Shown: positions 49,069-59,169 of the stretch, in pieces
How the letters are laid out: every line of letters begins with the position of its first letter
Numbering within the stretch: position 1 is the stretch's first letter
DNA from: an uncultured delta proteobacterium
Lineage (GTDB): Bacteria > Desulfobacterota_D > UBA1144 > Nemesobacterales > UBA2774
Direction of reading: 5' to 3'
Assembly: GCA_963752995.1 (NCBI GenBank)
Contig: CAVWAZ010000002.1
Span: 9,446-73,445 of the forward strand
DNA: 64,000 nucleotides
Made by a program: the position numbers and the translations under genes
The notes under the pieces: generated by a model
The model's database searches: none
The model's input: only the letters and a program-made list of their open reading frames with translations
Told to the model about the DNA's origin: nothing

Positions 49069-49926
49069 TCATGACCGTTTTATCCCCGTCGTAAATCCCG
49101 CTTTCGCGAGTGAGCTTGCCCCGGCGTGAACGCCGGCGGTATCTGTCTCCGGGGCTCCGTACCACCTTGCGATCGTGACCATGCTCGCGGCCAGGTATAT
49201 GAGACATCCGGGCACCCACATCGTGAGGCCGCCTATCTGCTGGTCCACCCCGGGCGTGATGCAGAGGTCGTTCCTTATATAAGAGAGTATCCCCGCGGAG
49301 TCAGCCGGGTTTGCGTATGCGGAATAAAGCCCCGCTCCGGCGAATGTGATTAGCATGCCGAGTATAGTGCAGCCGAGGCACGCGGAGGCCAGGTACAGCG
49401 TAGCCGCGAGGGGCGCAAGCCTCGCACCCTTGACCGGGGTGAAAACCGGCCACCAGAATATAACGCCCGTCAGCACGAAGCTTATTTGCTGCGCGATGTA
49501 AAGGTTTTCGTTCTTCATTACGGTATCGTGGAGCGACGGCATGTGCCAGACCCACATCGAGCCCACGCCGAGGAGCCATGCCGGTATGGGGTTCCCGAGG
49601 AATTTCATCACTCCGCCCGCTATTGGCAGGTGGAGCGCCTTCTCCGCCGCCGCTTCCGGTATCCCCGAGAGGAGCATGAGAGGTATTACGAGGAGTAGTA
49701 GTATGTGCTGGACCATGTGGGCGCTGAACAGGTAATTCCGCCCGAGGTAGTCGAGCGGGGACACGAGGGCCAGAACCATGAGGAATATCCCCGAAGCGAA
49801 CAGCAGGGACTTCCCGTTAAAACGGGACCCGGGCATGACAGCGTAAGACGCGATCAGCGCCAGCGCGAATATAACCGCCCAGGGCTCGAACGACCATGCC
49901 GTGCCTAAAAAATGAAGTACGCTCAT
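49069..49926 (-). CDS. ctaG: Cytochrome c oxidase assembly factor CtaG (caa3 type)
   Basis: 'SPLD....YLFSAHMVQH', 'WHMP', 'DQQIGG..MWVPG'. Confidence 0.85.
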   Translation of the reverse strand: MSVLHFLGTAWSFEPWAVIFALALIASYAVMPGSRFNGKSLLFASGIFLMVLALVSPLDYLGRNYLFSAHMVQHILLLLVIPLMLLSGIPEAAAEKALHLPIAGGVMKFLGNPIPAWLLGVGSMWVWHMPSLHDTVMKNENLYIAQQISFVLTGVIFWWPVFTPVKGARLAPLAATLYLASACLGCTILGMLITFAGAGLYSAYANPADSAGILSYIRNDLCITPGVDQQIGGLTMWVPGCLIYLAASMVTIARWYGAPETDTAGVHAGASSLAKAGFTTGIKRS

Positions 49927-49960
49927 ACCGCCCTCTCCCGAATATTTGATGTATAAAAGT

Positions 49961-50512
49961 TCATAAGAACGCCCATAGATATATCACGGAAAATACTACG
50001 ACCCACACGCCGTCGACGAAGTGCCAGTAGAGCGAGATGCACTCTACGGCGTCTGATTTCGGCCCTTTGAAGTCCCCCGCGAGCGCGAGCCCGAGGAGCA
50101 GCGAAAGCATAATCAGGCCCACGCATACGTGAAAACCGTGGAACCCGGTGAGAGTGAAGAAAGTCGTGCCGAATACGTTCCGGCTTATCGTTATGTTCTT
50201 GTTTATGAGGCCGCTCCATTCGAGGCCCTGCCCGAATATGAAGACCGCGCCCAAAACGATCGTCGCCAGTATCCAGACCTTGAGCATGAAGTGGTTCTTG
50301 TTTCTCAGGCTTTTACCCGCGAGCCATATAGTGAAGCTGCTCGCGAAAAGGAACAGGCTGAATATGCCCGTTACGACAGGGTTCAGGCTGTTTACAGCCG
50401 TAGGACCGTCGGTCACGGAGCCGTGGAAGTTCACGTAGGCGAGTATGAGCATCAGAAAGAAAATAGATTCCGAGGCTATGAAAAAACCGACGAGCATTCT
50501 GTTATTCGCCAT
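49961..50512 (-). CDS. ctaE: Cytochrome c oxidase subunit III (short form)
   Basis: 'FIASE..FF', 'FFTLTGFHGFHV', 'YWHFVD.VW'. Confidence 0.92.
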   Translation of the reverse strand: MANNRMLVGFFIASESIFFLMLILAYVNFHGSVTDGPTAVNSLNPVVTGIFSLFLFASSFTIWLAGKSLRNKNHFMLKVWILATIVLGAVFIFGQGLEWSGLINKNITISRNVFGTTFFTLTGFHGFHVCVGLIMLSLLLGLALAGDFKGPKSDAVECISLYWHFVDGVWVVVFSVIYLWAFL

Positions 50513-50523
50513 GCATACTTCTC

Positions 50524-52194
50524 CTAAACGATTTTCGCATCGGGCTCGTCCGGCATATCGGGGTGGGCCAGGTCCCAGAGCGGCCGCCTGCCCCTTACGG
50601 GCGGGACGAGCTCGAAATTCTCTACCGCCGGCGGCGATGTGGTCGCCCATTCGAGCGTCCACGCGTTCCAGGGGTTATCCCCGGCGGGCTTGCCGTGTCT
50701 CAGGCTTACCAGGATGTTCCAGACAAAGACTATTACCGAGAGGCCCAGGATCAGCGCCCCTATAGTGGATATGAGGTTCATCGATCCCCAGTAGGGCATG
50801 TCGTAATACGTATAAGTGCGCCTGGGCATGCCCATGACTCCCAGGAAATGCTGTATGAAGAACGTCATGTTGAATCCGACCACGGTGAGCCAGAAGTGCC
50901 ATTTGCCGAGGGTCTCCGAGAGCATCCGTCCCGTGAACTTGGGGAACCAGTAATACACGCCCGCGAATATGGCGAATACAGAACCGCCGAAGATGGCGTA
51001 ATGGAAATGAGCGACTATGAAGTAGCTGTCCGTAACGACCCAGTCTATCGGCACCGATGCGATAGCGACACCGGTGAGCCCGCCCACGACGAACTCTATT
51101 ATGAACGCGGTCCCGAAGAGCATCGGGGTCGCGAAATTTATCCTGCCGCCCCACATGGTCGCCACCCAGTTAAGCACCTTGACCCCGGTCGGTATGGCGA
51201 TAAGCATGCTCGCGAGGGAGAAAAATGCGTTCGTCACGTTGCCGAGCCCTACTGCGAACATGTGGTGCGCCCATACGCCCAGGCTCAAGAGCCCTATAGC
51301 CACGGTAGATGCTGCGACGAACTCGTAGCCGTAGATGGGTTTCCTCGAGAAGACCGGGATGACCTCCGATATGATTCCGAAGGCCGGGAGTATAAGTATG
51401 TAGACTTCGGGGTGGCCGAACCCCCAGAAGAAGTGCTGCCAGAGTATGGCCGAGCCCCCGTGCGCGGGGGTGAAGAAGGTCGCGCCCAGGATGCTGTCGA
51501 GGAGCATCATGGCGAAAGCGGCGGTGATTATGGGTATCACGAATACGAGAAGGAACGACGTGACGAGCATCATCCACACGAAAAGGGGTATCCTCCGCAT
51601 CGTCATGCCCGGGGTCCTCATCGTCAGTATCGTAACGACGTTGTTGAGCCCCGACGCGACGGAGCCTATTCCGGAAGCGAGGAGTCCGAGCGCCCAGTAA
51701 GTGGGCCCCTTATTGAGGGAGAAAGGCTTTTCGCTTAGCGGGGCGTATGCGAACCAGCCGACGTCCGGCGCGCCGCTCTGCGTGAGGAAGCTGTAGTAGA
51801 GCAGTATGCCGCCAAAGAAAAAGAGCCAGAAGCTCAGCGCGTTCAGGCGTGGGAAAGCCATGTCGCGGGCGCCTATCATGAGGGGGAGGAGGTAAACGCC
51901 CACCCCGATGAGGAACGGCATGACGACGAAAAATATCATCGTGGTGCCGTGCATCGTAAAAAGCTGGTTATATGCCTCGGGCGTGAGGAAATCGTTTCCG
52001 GGATGAGCGAGCTGTACCCGTATAAGGAGCGCTTCGAGGCCCCCGAGAAGGAAATAGATGAGCGTTATGATGAGGTACATGATCCCTATCTGCTTGTGGT
52101 CTATGGAGGAGACCCAGCTGAGGAGGCCGTTATTCGCCTTGAGCGAGGGCAGGGGGACGGTATTCTCCGGCACGAGAGGGATTCTACTGCTCAT
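50524..52194 (-). CDS. ctaD: Cytochrome c oxidase subunit I, A1 type
   Basis: 'TMHGT', 'GHPEVY', 'WAHHMF', 'AHFHY', 'GMPRR'; D-channel 'DMAFPRLN'. Confidence 0.97.
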   Translation of the reverse strand: MSSRIPLVPENTVPLPSLKANNGLLSWVSSIDHKQIGIMYLIITLIYFLLGGLEALLIRVQLAHPGNDFLTPEAYNQLFTMHGTTMIFFVVMPFLIGVGVYLLPLMIGARDMAFPRLNALSFWLFFFGGILLYYSFLTQSGAPDVGWFAYAPLSEKPFSLNKGPTYWALGLLASGIGSVASGLNNVVTILTMRTPGMTMRRIPLFVWMMLVTSFLLVFVIPIITAAFAMMLLDSILGATFFTPAHGGSAILWQHFFWGFGHPEVYILILPAFGIISEVIPVFSRKPIYGYEFVAASTVAIGLLSLGVWAHHMFAVGLGNVTNAFFSLASMLIAIPTGVKVLNWVATMWGGRINFATPMLFGTAFIIEFVVGGLTGVAIASVPIDWVVTDSYFIVAHFHYAIFGGSVFAIFAGVYYWFPKFTGRMLSETLGKWHFWLTVVGFNMTFFIQHFLGVMGMPRRTYTYYDMPYWGSMNLISTIGALILGLSVIVFVWNILVSLRHGKPAGDNPWNAWTLEWATTSPPAVENFELVPPVRGRRPLWDLAHPDMPDEPDAKIV

Positions 52195-53128
52195 CCAGCG
52201 CCTCCAGGTATGCGACTATGGATTTCACTTCCGAATCCGAGAGCTTCATGTTGGGCATGAAAGACCCCTGTTTATACCTCTGGGGGTTCGAGAGCCATTT
52301 GGACAGGTTCTCGGGCGTATTCGTGAGCACCCCGGCGCCTATCGTTGCGCGGTCGGCGAGATGTGTCAGGTCGGGCCCGACCCTCGCTGCCGCAGCCGTC
52401 CCCTGTATCGTATGGCAGTTCATGCAGGCCATCGTCTGGAAGAGCTTGGCCCCGTCCGCGGCTATTCCGCCGGTCGGGGTGCGGGGGACTACGAGCTGCC
52501 CGTCAAGCCATTTCCTGAATTCCGCCTCCGGCTCCGCGACTACTCTGATGCGCATGTTGGCGTGCTGGTCGCCGCAGAACTCGGCGCAGGCGCCCAGGTA
52601 TACCCCGGGCTTTCCGGCCACAAGCCAGATGTAGTTGGGGTGTCCCGGGACGAGGTCTATTTTTCTCCCCAGCTCGGGCACCCAGAAGTCGTGTATAACG
52701 TCTATGGATTCGAGTCGGACGAGCATCTTTTCCCCGGCTGGTATGTGTATCTCGTTCGAGGTCGATACCCCTGAAGACGGATACCGTATCTCCCACCACC
52801 ACTGATGACCTATAACGACCAGGTCAGGCTCCCTGTCCCCGGCCGGGGGGTCTACTACTTTCATCGTGCTGCACGTGAGGAGGAAAAGCACTGCGACCAT
52901 CGCTATCGGTATCGCCGTCCAGACTATTTCGAGCTTTATGTCGCCGAAATTCTGATAGGGCTCGCCGTCGTCGCCCGGCTTCTTTCTATATCTGATTATT
53001 ATGTACGCGACTGCGATGATAATGATGCCGAGGATCACCAGGCATAAGGCGATCGTATAGTACGTTAAACCGGCCATTGCCTCCATTTCGGGTGAGCTGG
53101 GATTAAAGAGGCCGCCAAGGTTTTCCAT
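52184..53128 (-). CDS. ctaC: Cytochrome c oxidase subunit II with CuA and fused cytochrome c (caa3)
   Basis: 'DVIHDFW', 'CAEFCG.QHANM', CxxCH 'CMNCH'. Confidence 0.95.
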   Translation of the reverse strand: MENLGGLFNPSSPEMEAMAGLTYYTIALCLVILGIIIIAVAYIIIRYRKKPGDDGEPYQNFGDIKLEIVWTAIPIAMVAVLFLLTCSTMKVVDPPAGDREPDLVVIGHQWWWEIRYPSSGVSTSNEIHIPAGEKMLVRLESIDVIHDFWVPELGRKIDLVPGHPNYIWLVAGKPGVYLGACAEFCGDQHANMRIRVVAEPEAEFRKWLDGQLVVPRTPTGGIAADGAKLFQTMACMNCHTIQGTAAAARVGPDLTHLADRATIGAGVLTNTPENLSKWLSNPQRYKQGSFMPNMKLSDSEVKSIVAYLEALDEQ

Positions 53129-53182
53129 TGTGATTTATCGGAGCATTGGATTTGAATCGATTGTTAACTCGAACCCTGAATC

Positions 53183-53212
53183 ATTATAATGACTTGCCGG
53201 CTTCATTGTCAA
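53183..53212 (-). promoter_or_regulatory. Consensus sigma70 promoter of the cta-qcr operon
   Basis: TTGACA-18-TATAAT on the minus strand. Confidence 0.6.
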
Positions 53213-53363
53213 CACCTCTCACGAATACGGTCTGAAATTCCGCCGGTATTTTGCGATATCCGGATGCAATTTATGGTATTCTCTTGCATAATAGCGGTAG
53301 CTCAGCATAATAGAAAATTGGTTTTTCTTGACTTCAACGGGAAGTGTTACCTTTGCCCCCTAA

Positions 53364-55223
53364 ATGAAAAAATATATCTTTCTATCTTTTTCATTCCTGT
53401 GCTTATACGTATCGTTAATTCATGCTCCGGCCGTTACGTTCTGTCAGGAAAAAGAGAAAGCGGCGGAAAGCGCCGGGAGTGAAGAAGCCTCAGAGCCTGT
53501 CGTCCGTATTTCCAAGATAAAAATAAAGGGGGCGAAAGTCCTCACCAAGCAGGATATAGAGCAGAGCATAGGGACCGGTTTTCCTTCCATCAAGTTCTGG
53601 GTGAAGAAGCCCGAGTTCAACGAAGAGGTCCTGAAAGACGACATGATCAGGATCAAGAGGCTTTATGCGAACCAGGGATATTACGACGCTCAGGCCTCTT
53701 ACGAGCTCAAGTTCAATAAAGACAACACGAGGGTCGAGATAACGATCAATATAAAGGAAGGGGAGCCGGTGATACTCACGGAGCTCAGCCTTGAGTACGA
53801 GGGGGACCTGAGCGAGGACACTAAAAAAGAGATAGAGAAAGCCGTGCCGCTCAAGGTGGATAAGAATTTCTCCCCTAACGGATACCAGCAGACCAAGGGG
53901 GCGATCACGGAAATACTCTCCAACGAGGGCTACCCCAAGGCTCAGATAGAGGGCGAGGCGCTCGTGAACAGGAAGGAGAAATGGGCGAAGGCGACCTTCG
54001 TCGTCAAACCGGGCTCCATATACAGGTTCGGCGCAGTCGTCGTCGAGGGGAACGAGCAGGTGGAGAGCTATATCATTTCGAGGGAAGCGGTTTTCAAGCA
54101 GGGTGAAGAGTATTCATTGACCAAGATAAACGAAACGCAGGCCAATATATTCCAGCTGGGCCTGTTCAGGTCGGTCGTGATCGACCCCGTATACAACGAG
54201 GCGGAGAAGACCGCCGACATGAAAATAGTCGTAAAAGAAAGAAAACAGGGGTCGGTGAAGTTCGGTATCGGTTTCGGCACCGAGGACAAGCTGAGGGGAC
54301 AGGTGATATGGACAAAGAGAAATTTCTTCGGCGGCGGACGGAGGCTCGAAGTCGCGGGGAAAGCCTCTTTTATTACCCAGAGGCTCGAGACGAGCGTCAT
54401 ACAGCCGTATATATTGGGCAGGGATTCGAGTCTCACGGGCGCCATCAATTTCCAGAGGGACGACGTCCCGAGCTTCGAGGGCGAGAGCTTCCTCACCACA
54501 GCCGAGCTCCAGAAGGACTTCGCTCAATACTATTCTTCATTCGGCTCCTTTAACGTGCAGTTCTCGAAGGTCCAGAAGAGCGCGAGGAGGACCCCGGAAG
54601 AACAGAGCAGGGAGAACTTCTTCCTGACTTTCTTCAATACCGGGCTCGAGCGGGACACAACGGACAACATTCTGAACCCCACCCGCGGCTGGGTCGTCTC
54701 TACGGGGCTTGAATCCTCGTTCCGGGCGCTGTTCTCGGACGTGAATTATTTGAAGGGCACAGTCGAGCTGAGAGGGTATAAAAAATTATACAGGATGGTC
54801 CTGGCGAAGAAGATAACGATGGGAGTGATCCAGCCTTTCGGCAACACCGGCACGTTCGATATACCTATATTCAAGAGGTTCTTCGCGGGAGGCAGCACGA
54901 GCATGAGGGGCTTTCCTTTCCAGAAGCTCGGTCCGCTCAGCGACGGGGGAGACCCGCTCGGCGGCAATTCTCTCCTCGTGGGCAGCTTCGAGGTGAGGTA
55001 TCCGATCTACGGGGAGTTCGGCGGGGTCGTGTTCTTCGACTACGGTAACGTATTCGCCGACGAGTGGAGCTTCCCGCTCGGAGACATCAAGTACGCTCCC
55101 GGCGTGGGGCTCAGGTATGACACCATAATCGGCCCTGTAAGGTTCGACGTGGGATACGCGCTCAACCCGGAGCCCGGCATAAGGAGGGTTCAGTTCTTTA
55201 TCAGTATAGGGCAGGCGTTTTGA
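53364..55223 (+). CDS. Omp85-family outer-membrane protein with three POTRA domains (TamA/BamA-like)
   Basis: POTRA 'Y.NQGYY', 'GYP.A', 'LGLFRSV'; barrel 'FFAGG..SMRGF', 'GLRY.T.IGP.RFD', C-terminal 'IGQAF'. Confidence 0.88.
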   Translation: MKKYIFLSFSFLCLYVSLIHAPAVTFCQEKEKAAESAGSEEASEPVVRISKIKIKGAKVLTKQDIEQSIGTGFPSIKFWVKKPEFNEEVLKDDMIRIKRLYANQGYYDAQASYELKFNKDNTRVEITINIKEGEPVILTELSLEYEGDLSEDTKKEIEKAVPLKVDKNFSPNGYQQTKGAITEILSNEGYPKAQIEGEALVNRKEKWAKATFVVKPGSIYRFGAVVVEGNEQVESYIISREAVFKQGEEYSLTKINETQANIFQLGLFRSVVIDPVYNEAEKTADMKIVVKERKQGSVKFGIGFGTEDKLRGQVIWTKRNFFGGGRRLEVAGKASFITQRLETSVIQPYILGRDSSLTGAINFQRDDVPSFEGESFLTTAELQKDFAQYYSSFGSFNVQFSKVQKSARRTPEEQSRENFFLTFFNTGLERDTTDNILNPTRGWVVSTGLESSFRALFSDVNYLKGTVELRGYKKLYRMVLAKKITMGVIQPFGNTGTFDIPIFKRFFAGGSTSMRGFPFQKLGPLSDGGDPLGGNSLLVGSFEVRYPIYGEFGGVVFFDYGNVFADEWSFPLGDIKYAPGVGLRYDTIIGPVRFDVGYALNPEPGIRRVQFFISIGQAF

Positions 55224-55499
55224 TCATACATGCGAATTGCTGGTGGGGTTGTCGATCGTTTTGCTTTCTTCCGCTTGGGCGGCCGTTTCGTCCCCGGCCT
55301 TTTCCGGGTCCTTGGCCGCGCGGGCTTCTTTTTCGTCCATCTCGAACTGTATTGAGTCCTTGAGCTCGTTCTTGGCCCTCTCGAGCTCGCGCATTCCCCT
55401 GCCTAGAGATTTAGCGAGCTTCGGTATCTCGTTAGGCCCCAGCACTAGCAGTGCGATGAGGAGTATTATTAATATTTCGCTCGTTCCTATTCCGAACAT
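55224..55499 (-). CDS. Twin-arginine translocase TatA/TatB family subunit
   Basis: 'MFGIG.SE......ALLVLGP..IP.LA.SLG'. Confidence 0.88.
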   Translation of the reverse strand: MFGIGTSEILIILLIALLVLGPNEIPKLAKSLGRGMRELERAKNELKDSIQFEMDEKEARAAKDPEKAGDETAAQAEESKTIDNPTSNSHV

Positions 55500-55661
55500 A
55501 ACCCCGCCTGACCGGCATGAGAAAGGCTACCTCATTATAACCGTATGTTCAACAAACCTCCCCCCGACGCCCGGTCCGGGGATTTGTGCTACAATTATTT
55601 ACTGCTTGTTGTAAAATGAATCTGAGAATAATAAAATAGCTGCACACAAAGGAGTGTGATC

Positions 55662-56657
55662 ATGAAAGCGATCCGGTATCACGAGTTCGGAGAAGTGGAT
55701 GTGCTCAAGTACGAAGACGTGCCTGAGCCTGAGCTCGGGGATGATGAAGTCCTCGTAAGGGTGAAAGCCGCGTCTTTAAACCATCTCGACTTGAGACTCA
55801 GGTCCGGCAAATCTCCCCGCCCCGTCGACCTCCCGCATATAGGCGGCGTCGATATCGCGGGCGACGTGGAGAGGACCGGCAAGAACGTAAAGGACCTCGC
55901 ACCCGGAACGCGCGTAGTCATAGACCCGACCGTGAAGACCCCGAAAGGCCCCATGGTTATCGGGGTCAATTTCTACGGGGGTTTTGCCGAGTATGTGAAA
56001 GTCCCCGCGCCGAACGCGGTCCCGATACCCGACGAGGTGTCGTATGACGACGCATCGGCGCTGCCTATATGCTACGTGACGGCGTGGTACGGACTCTTCG
56101 ACAGGGGCGGGATGCAGAGCGGGGAGACGGTGCTCGTCCACGCGGCCGGGAGCGGGACCGGGAGCGCCGCCGTCCAGATCGCGAAGGAGGGCGGAGCCTT
56201 CGTTATCGCGACCGCTGGGAGCGACGAAAAACTGGAGAAGGTGCGGAAGCTCGGCGCGGACGCCACGATCAACTACAACACGACCGACTTCTCGGAAGAG
56301 GTGAAGAAGATAACGGACAACAAGGGAGTGGACCTGATTTTCGACCAGATAGGCGCATCCGTCTGGGAGAACAACCTCAAGTCGCTGAAGATGAAGGGCC
56401 GGCTCCTGCTTATCGGCGTGGTCGGCGGGGGGCAGACTACGTTCAATTTCGGCCCGGTTATCGTGAAGGACCTGTCTGTACTCGGAGTCACGGTGTTTAA
56501 CGCCCCGAGGGCTAACCTTATAAACGTCATCAACCTCGTTTCGCTCGGGAGGCTCTCACCCGTGATAGACAAGAGGTTCCCGCTCTCCGAAGCCGCCGCG
56601 GCGCAGAAGATGCTCGAAGACAGGAGCCAGTTCGGAAAGGTGATACTGAACCCGTAG
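55662..56657 (+). CDS. MDR-family quinone oxidoreductase / zinc-binding dehydrogenase
   Basis: 'SLNHLD', 'GGFAEY', 'HAAGSGTG', 'FGKVIL'. Confidence 0.88.
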   Translation: MKAIRYHEFGEVDVLKYEDVPEPELGDDEVLVRVKAASLNHLDLRLRSGKSPRPVDLPHIGGVDIAGDVERTGKNVKDLAPGTRVVIDPTVKTPKGPMVIGVNFYGGFAEYVKVPAPNAVPIPDEVSYDDASALPICYVTAWYGLFDRGGMQSGETVLVHAAGSGTGSAAVQIAKEGGAFVIATAGSDEKLEKVRKLGADATINYNTTDFSEEVKKITDNKGVDLIFDQIGASVWENNLKSLKMKGRLLLIGVVGGGQTTFNFGPVIVKDLSVLGVTVFNAPRANLINVINLVSLGRLSPVIDKRFPLSEAAAAQKMLEDRSQFGKVILNP

Positions 56658-56754
56658 GCCCGTTCTGAATTCGGAATCAAAGCGCCGCCGAAGGGCTGCC
56701 GTGAGAGACAATTCCATTCGAGGACTGCTGACAAGGTTATTAAGAGGTAATTAA

Positions 56755-57549
56755 ATGGATATAACAACGCTAACGCCGGTTATACCGCTATGGGCCGTAT
56801 TTATTGGGTCGTTTCTGATTGTCTTCCTGTCTATTCTTCTCGGCTTCAGGATTGGCGACTATCACAGAAGGCACGGTGCGGGACAGGGGGATGCTCCGAT
56901 CGGCGCCGTCGTGGGCGCGACGCTCGGCCTTCTTGCGTTCATGCTGGCTTTCACGTTCGGGATAACTGCTTCCCGTTTCGACACGAGGAAGCAGCTTCTC
57001 CTCGATGAGGTAAATGCGATAGGGACGGCGTTCCTCCGTACGGATTTTCTGGTGGAGCCATACCGCACGGAAATACGGAAGCTTTTCCGCGATTACGTGG
57101 GAATTCGCACGGCGTGGTTAAAGGAGCCTGAGAAGCTCCCTGAGTTGATAACTGAGTCTCAGGAGATTCAGGGCAAGCTCTGGGCCCGTTCAGTGGAGGC
57201 GGTCGCGAATACGCCAAACCAGGAGATTACGTCCTCTTATATCGAGTCGCTCAACGAGGTAATAGACTTTCATACGAAGAGAATAACCGTAGCCCTGATG
57301 TATCGAATTCCCACAGTCATTTGGTATGCACTGATTTTTGTGACCGTGCTTACTATGGGCTCGGTAGGTTATCAGTTCGGAATCACGGGCAGCAGGAACT
57401 TCATTCTCACCATTCTACTGGCGCTGACATTCTCGGCGGTCATATATCTGATCGCGGACATTGACCGCAGTCTCGGAGGGGCGATAAAGGTGAGCCAGCA
57501 GCCCATGATCGAGCTCCAGAAGAGAATCGATGCGGCGGTCCCCAGATAA
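56755..57549 (+). CDS. DUF4239/bestrophin-like membrane protein
   Basis: 'LGLLAFMLAFTF..RFD.RK....E.NAIGTA.LR', 'I.D.DR...G.IKVS'. Confidence 0.7.
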   Translation: MDITTLTPVIPLWAVFIGSFLIVFLSILLGFRIGDYHRRHGAGQGDAPIGAVVGATLGLLAFMLAFTFGITASRFDTRKQLLLDEVNAIGTAFLRTDFLVEPYRTEIRKLFRDYVGIRTAWLKEPEKLPELITESQEIQGKLWARSVEAVANTPNQEITSSYIESLNEVIDFHTKRITVALMYRIPTVIWYALIFVTVLTMGSVGYQFGITGSRNFILTILLALTFSAVIYLIADIDRSLGGAIKVSQQPMIELQKRIDAAVPR

Positions 57550-57577
57550 GGCGGTGGTTTTCGTGAATTGGACGCGC

Positions 57578-59059
57578 CTACCGGAGCGTCTCTTCAAAAT
57601 CTCTGATAAGCATTTTGGAGGCGGGTTCATTCGAGCCTGTCGCCGTCAGGAATGAGTCCGCCGTTACCCTGCCTCCGCGGGACCATAACCCGCTCATGAA
57701 TACGCCGGCATCCCTGGTTCTCCACCATTCCTCGTCGAACGATTCCATCATGAAACGGCGGAGCCCGGGCCCTGCAAGCGCGGCTTTAAACCTGAAAGGG
57801 GAGGAGAGGGGGGAGAGGAATTCGGCGATATAGCTCCGCCCGTCGGCTTCGCATTGCGCGGCGCCGCTCATGATATCGGAGAATATTTCGGGCAAATCAC
57901 GAGGGTCGCCGCTTCCGAATAGCTCATGTGCGTAGAGTGCGCGCCCCGCGTCGAGCCTCGCCGTCATGAGCCGCCTTAGCCGGACAAAATCGAGGAAATC
58001 CCCGTCAGTGTCGATTTTTAAATGCTTCCTCATCCATCTGGGCTCGCAGACGAGGCCTCCGAAGAGCCCGGAGAAGATATCGGTGAGCGCCCCGTCTCTG
58101 AGGTATACGAATTCGAAGTCGTCTCCCGGGTCCGTGAAGCAGAAGGAAAGCGCCTGTCCGAGACCCCTGAGAAAGGACTCGTAATCGCGGATGCCGCCTG
58201 AGGGATATATGGAGATAGCGGTTTCAAACGGCGGGTAGAGCGGGAGCGAAAAACCGTCCGGCTCCTTCCCCGCCCTCTTTTCCGTGTCGGAGCTCGGCTC
58301 GTAAGGCGGCGATAGCGCCATGCCTTCGAGAACGGTCTTCGAGAGCAGAGCGGGGTCGATTTTGGTGAAGTACCCCTTGAGCTCGGCTGAATTAAACAGG
58401 TACGTCATATCGTATATGGAGGCGTCCTTCAGGGGAAGCTCCATCTTTTTCATGAAGTACCATCCGAGCATATCCCGGGCTATGTAATCGGTATCTGCGA
58501 GGAACTTCTTAGCCTCTTCCCCGAGGCGCGCAATCCCGGTACCGGAAGCCGCATCGAGGAGCTCTCCGTAGCTCCCGAAGCCGAGGGACTCCGAGCATTC
58601 CGTCATTATTCCGAGCTTCCTCCGGCAGAGGTCGTTGAGCCCGGATAGAACTTCCGGGTTCCCGATCGCGATCTCGTCCCTCTTGTGTTTTTTCGGCTCG
58701 GACAATAAAGCAGCTTTCGCGGAGCGTATCGTCAGGCTCCTTCCGCCCGCACGGAACTCGGCGCCCGCCTCGAGCGCGAGTATCCTGTCTGTGAGCCCGG
58801 AGGACTTCCCCCCGAGAAAAGCCCCGGCCAGGAATGAGGAAATGAGCCTGTGCCTCGCTCTCTCTTCCTCGTCACCGCTCGCGGGTTCCCGAGACGATAA
58901 ATAGAGCTCGGGCTCGAGGAGCTCTCTTCGCGAGCCGTATATGTCGGCGATGCGGGTCCCGGTCTTTCTGCCTGAGAAATTGAGGAAGAGCTCCCTGTTG
59001 AGATCCGTCAACAACCCGACGCCTTCTGATCTGATAAACCGGACTGTGTCCGCGTTCAA
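57578..59059 (-). CDS. M3/M32 metallopeptidase-fold protein with degenerate zinc motif
   Basis: 'SLGF.SY', 'D.EKR.GK.P', 'GG..DY..FLRGLGQAL', 'F.EEWW...AG..M..LW..G'. Confidence 0.55.
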   Translation of the reverse strand: MNADTVRFIRSEGVGLLTDLNRELFLNFSGRKTGTRIADIYGSRRELLEPELYLSSREPASGDEEERARHRLISSFLAGAFLGGKSSGLTDRILALEAGAEFRAGGRSLTIRSAKAALLSEPKKHKRDEIAIGNPEVLSGLNDLCRRKLGIMTECSESLGFGSYGELLDAASGTGIARLGEEAKKFLADTDYIARDMLGWYFMKKMELPLKDASIYDMTYLFNSAELKGYFTKIDPALLSKTVLEGMALSPPYEPSSDTEKRAGKEPDGFSLPLYPPFETAISIYPSGGIRDYESFLRGLGQALSFCFTDPGDDFEFVYLRDGALTDIFSGLFGGLVCEPRWMRKHLKIDTDGDFLDFVRLRRLMTARLDAGRALYAHELFGSGDPRDLPEIFSDIMSGAAQCEADGRSYIAEFLSPLSSPFRFKAALAGPGLRRFMMESFDEEWWRTRDAGVFMSGLWSRGGRVTADSFLTATGSNEPASKMLIRDFEETLR

Positions 59060-59169
59060 TTGTGTTTCCCCCGTGTCCGAATATTATTCCGGATATTCTT
59101 CAGGAAATTAAATAAGACGCGGCCTTTCATTAGAATGACCCGGGCCTGTGGGGCCCGGCGTAAGCGGGC

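Noticed and set aside
49031-49072. Selenocysteine/readthrough of the in-frame TGA upstream of the small oxidase subunit
   Set aside because: No redox motif or evident SECIS; better explained by an ATG at 49034 plus a homopolymer indel.
39080-59089. Repeated palindrome GAATATTATTC at 39080 and 59079
   Set aside because: Only two AT-rich 11-mers in front of unrelated genes; insufficient evidence for an operator.
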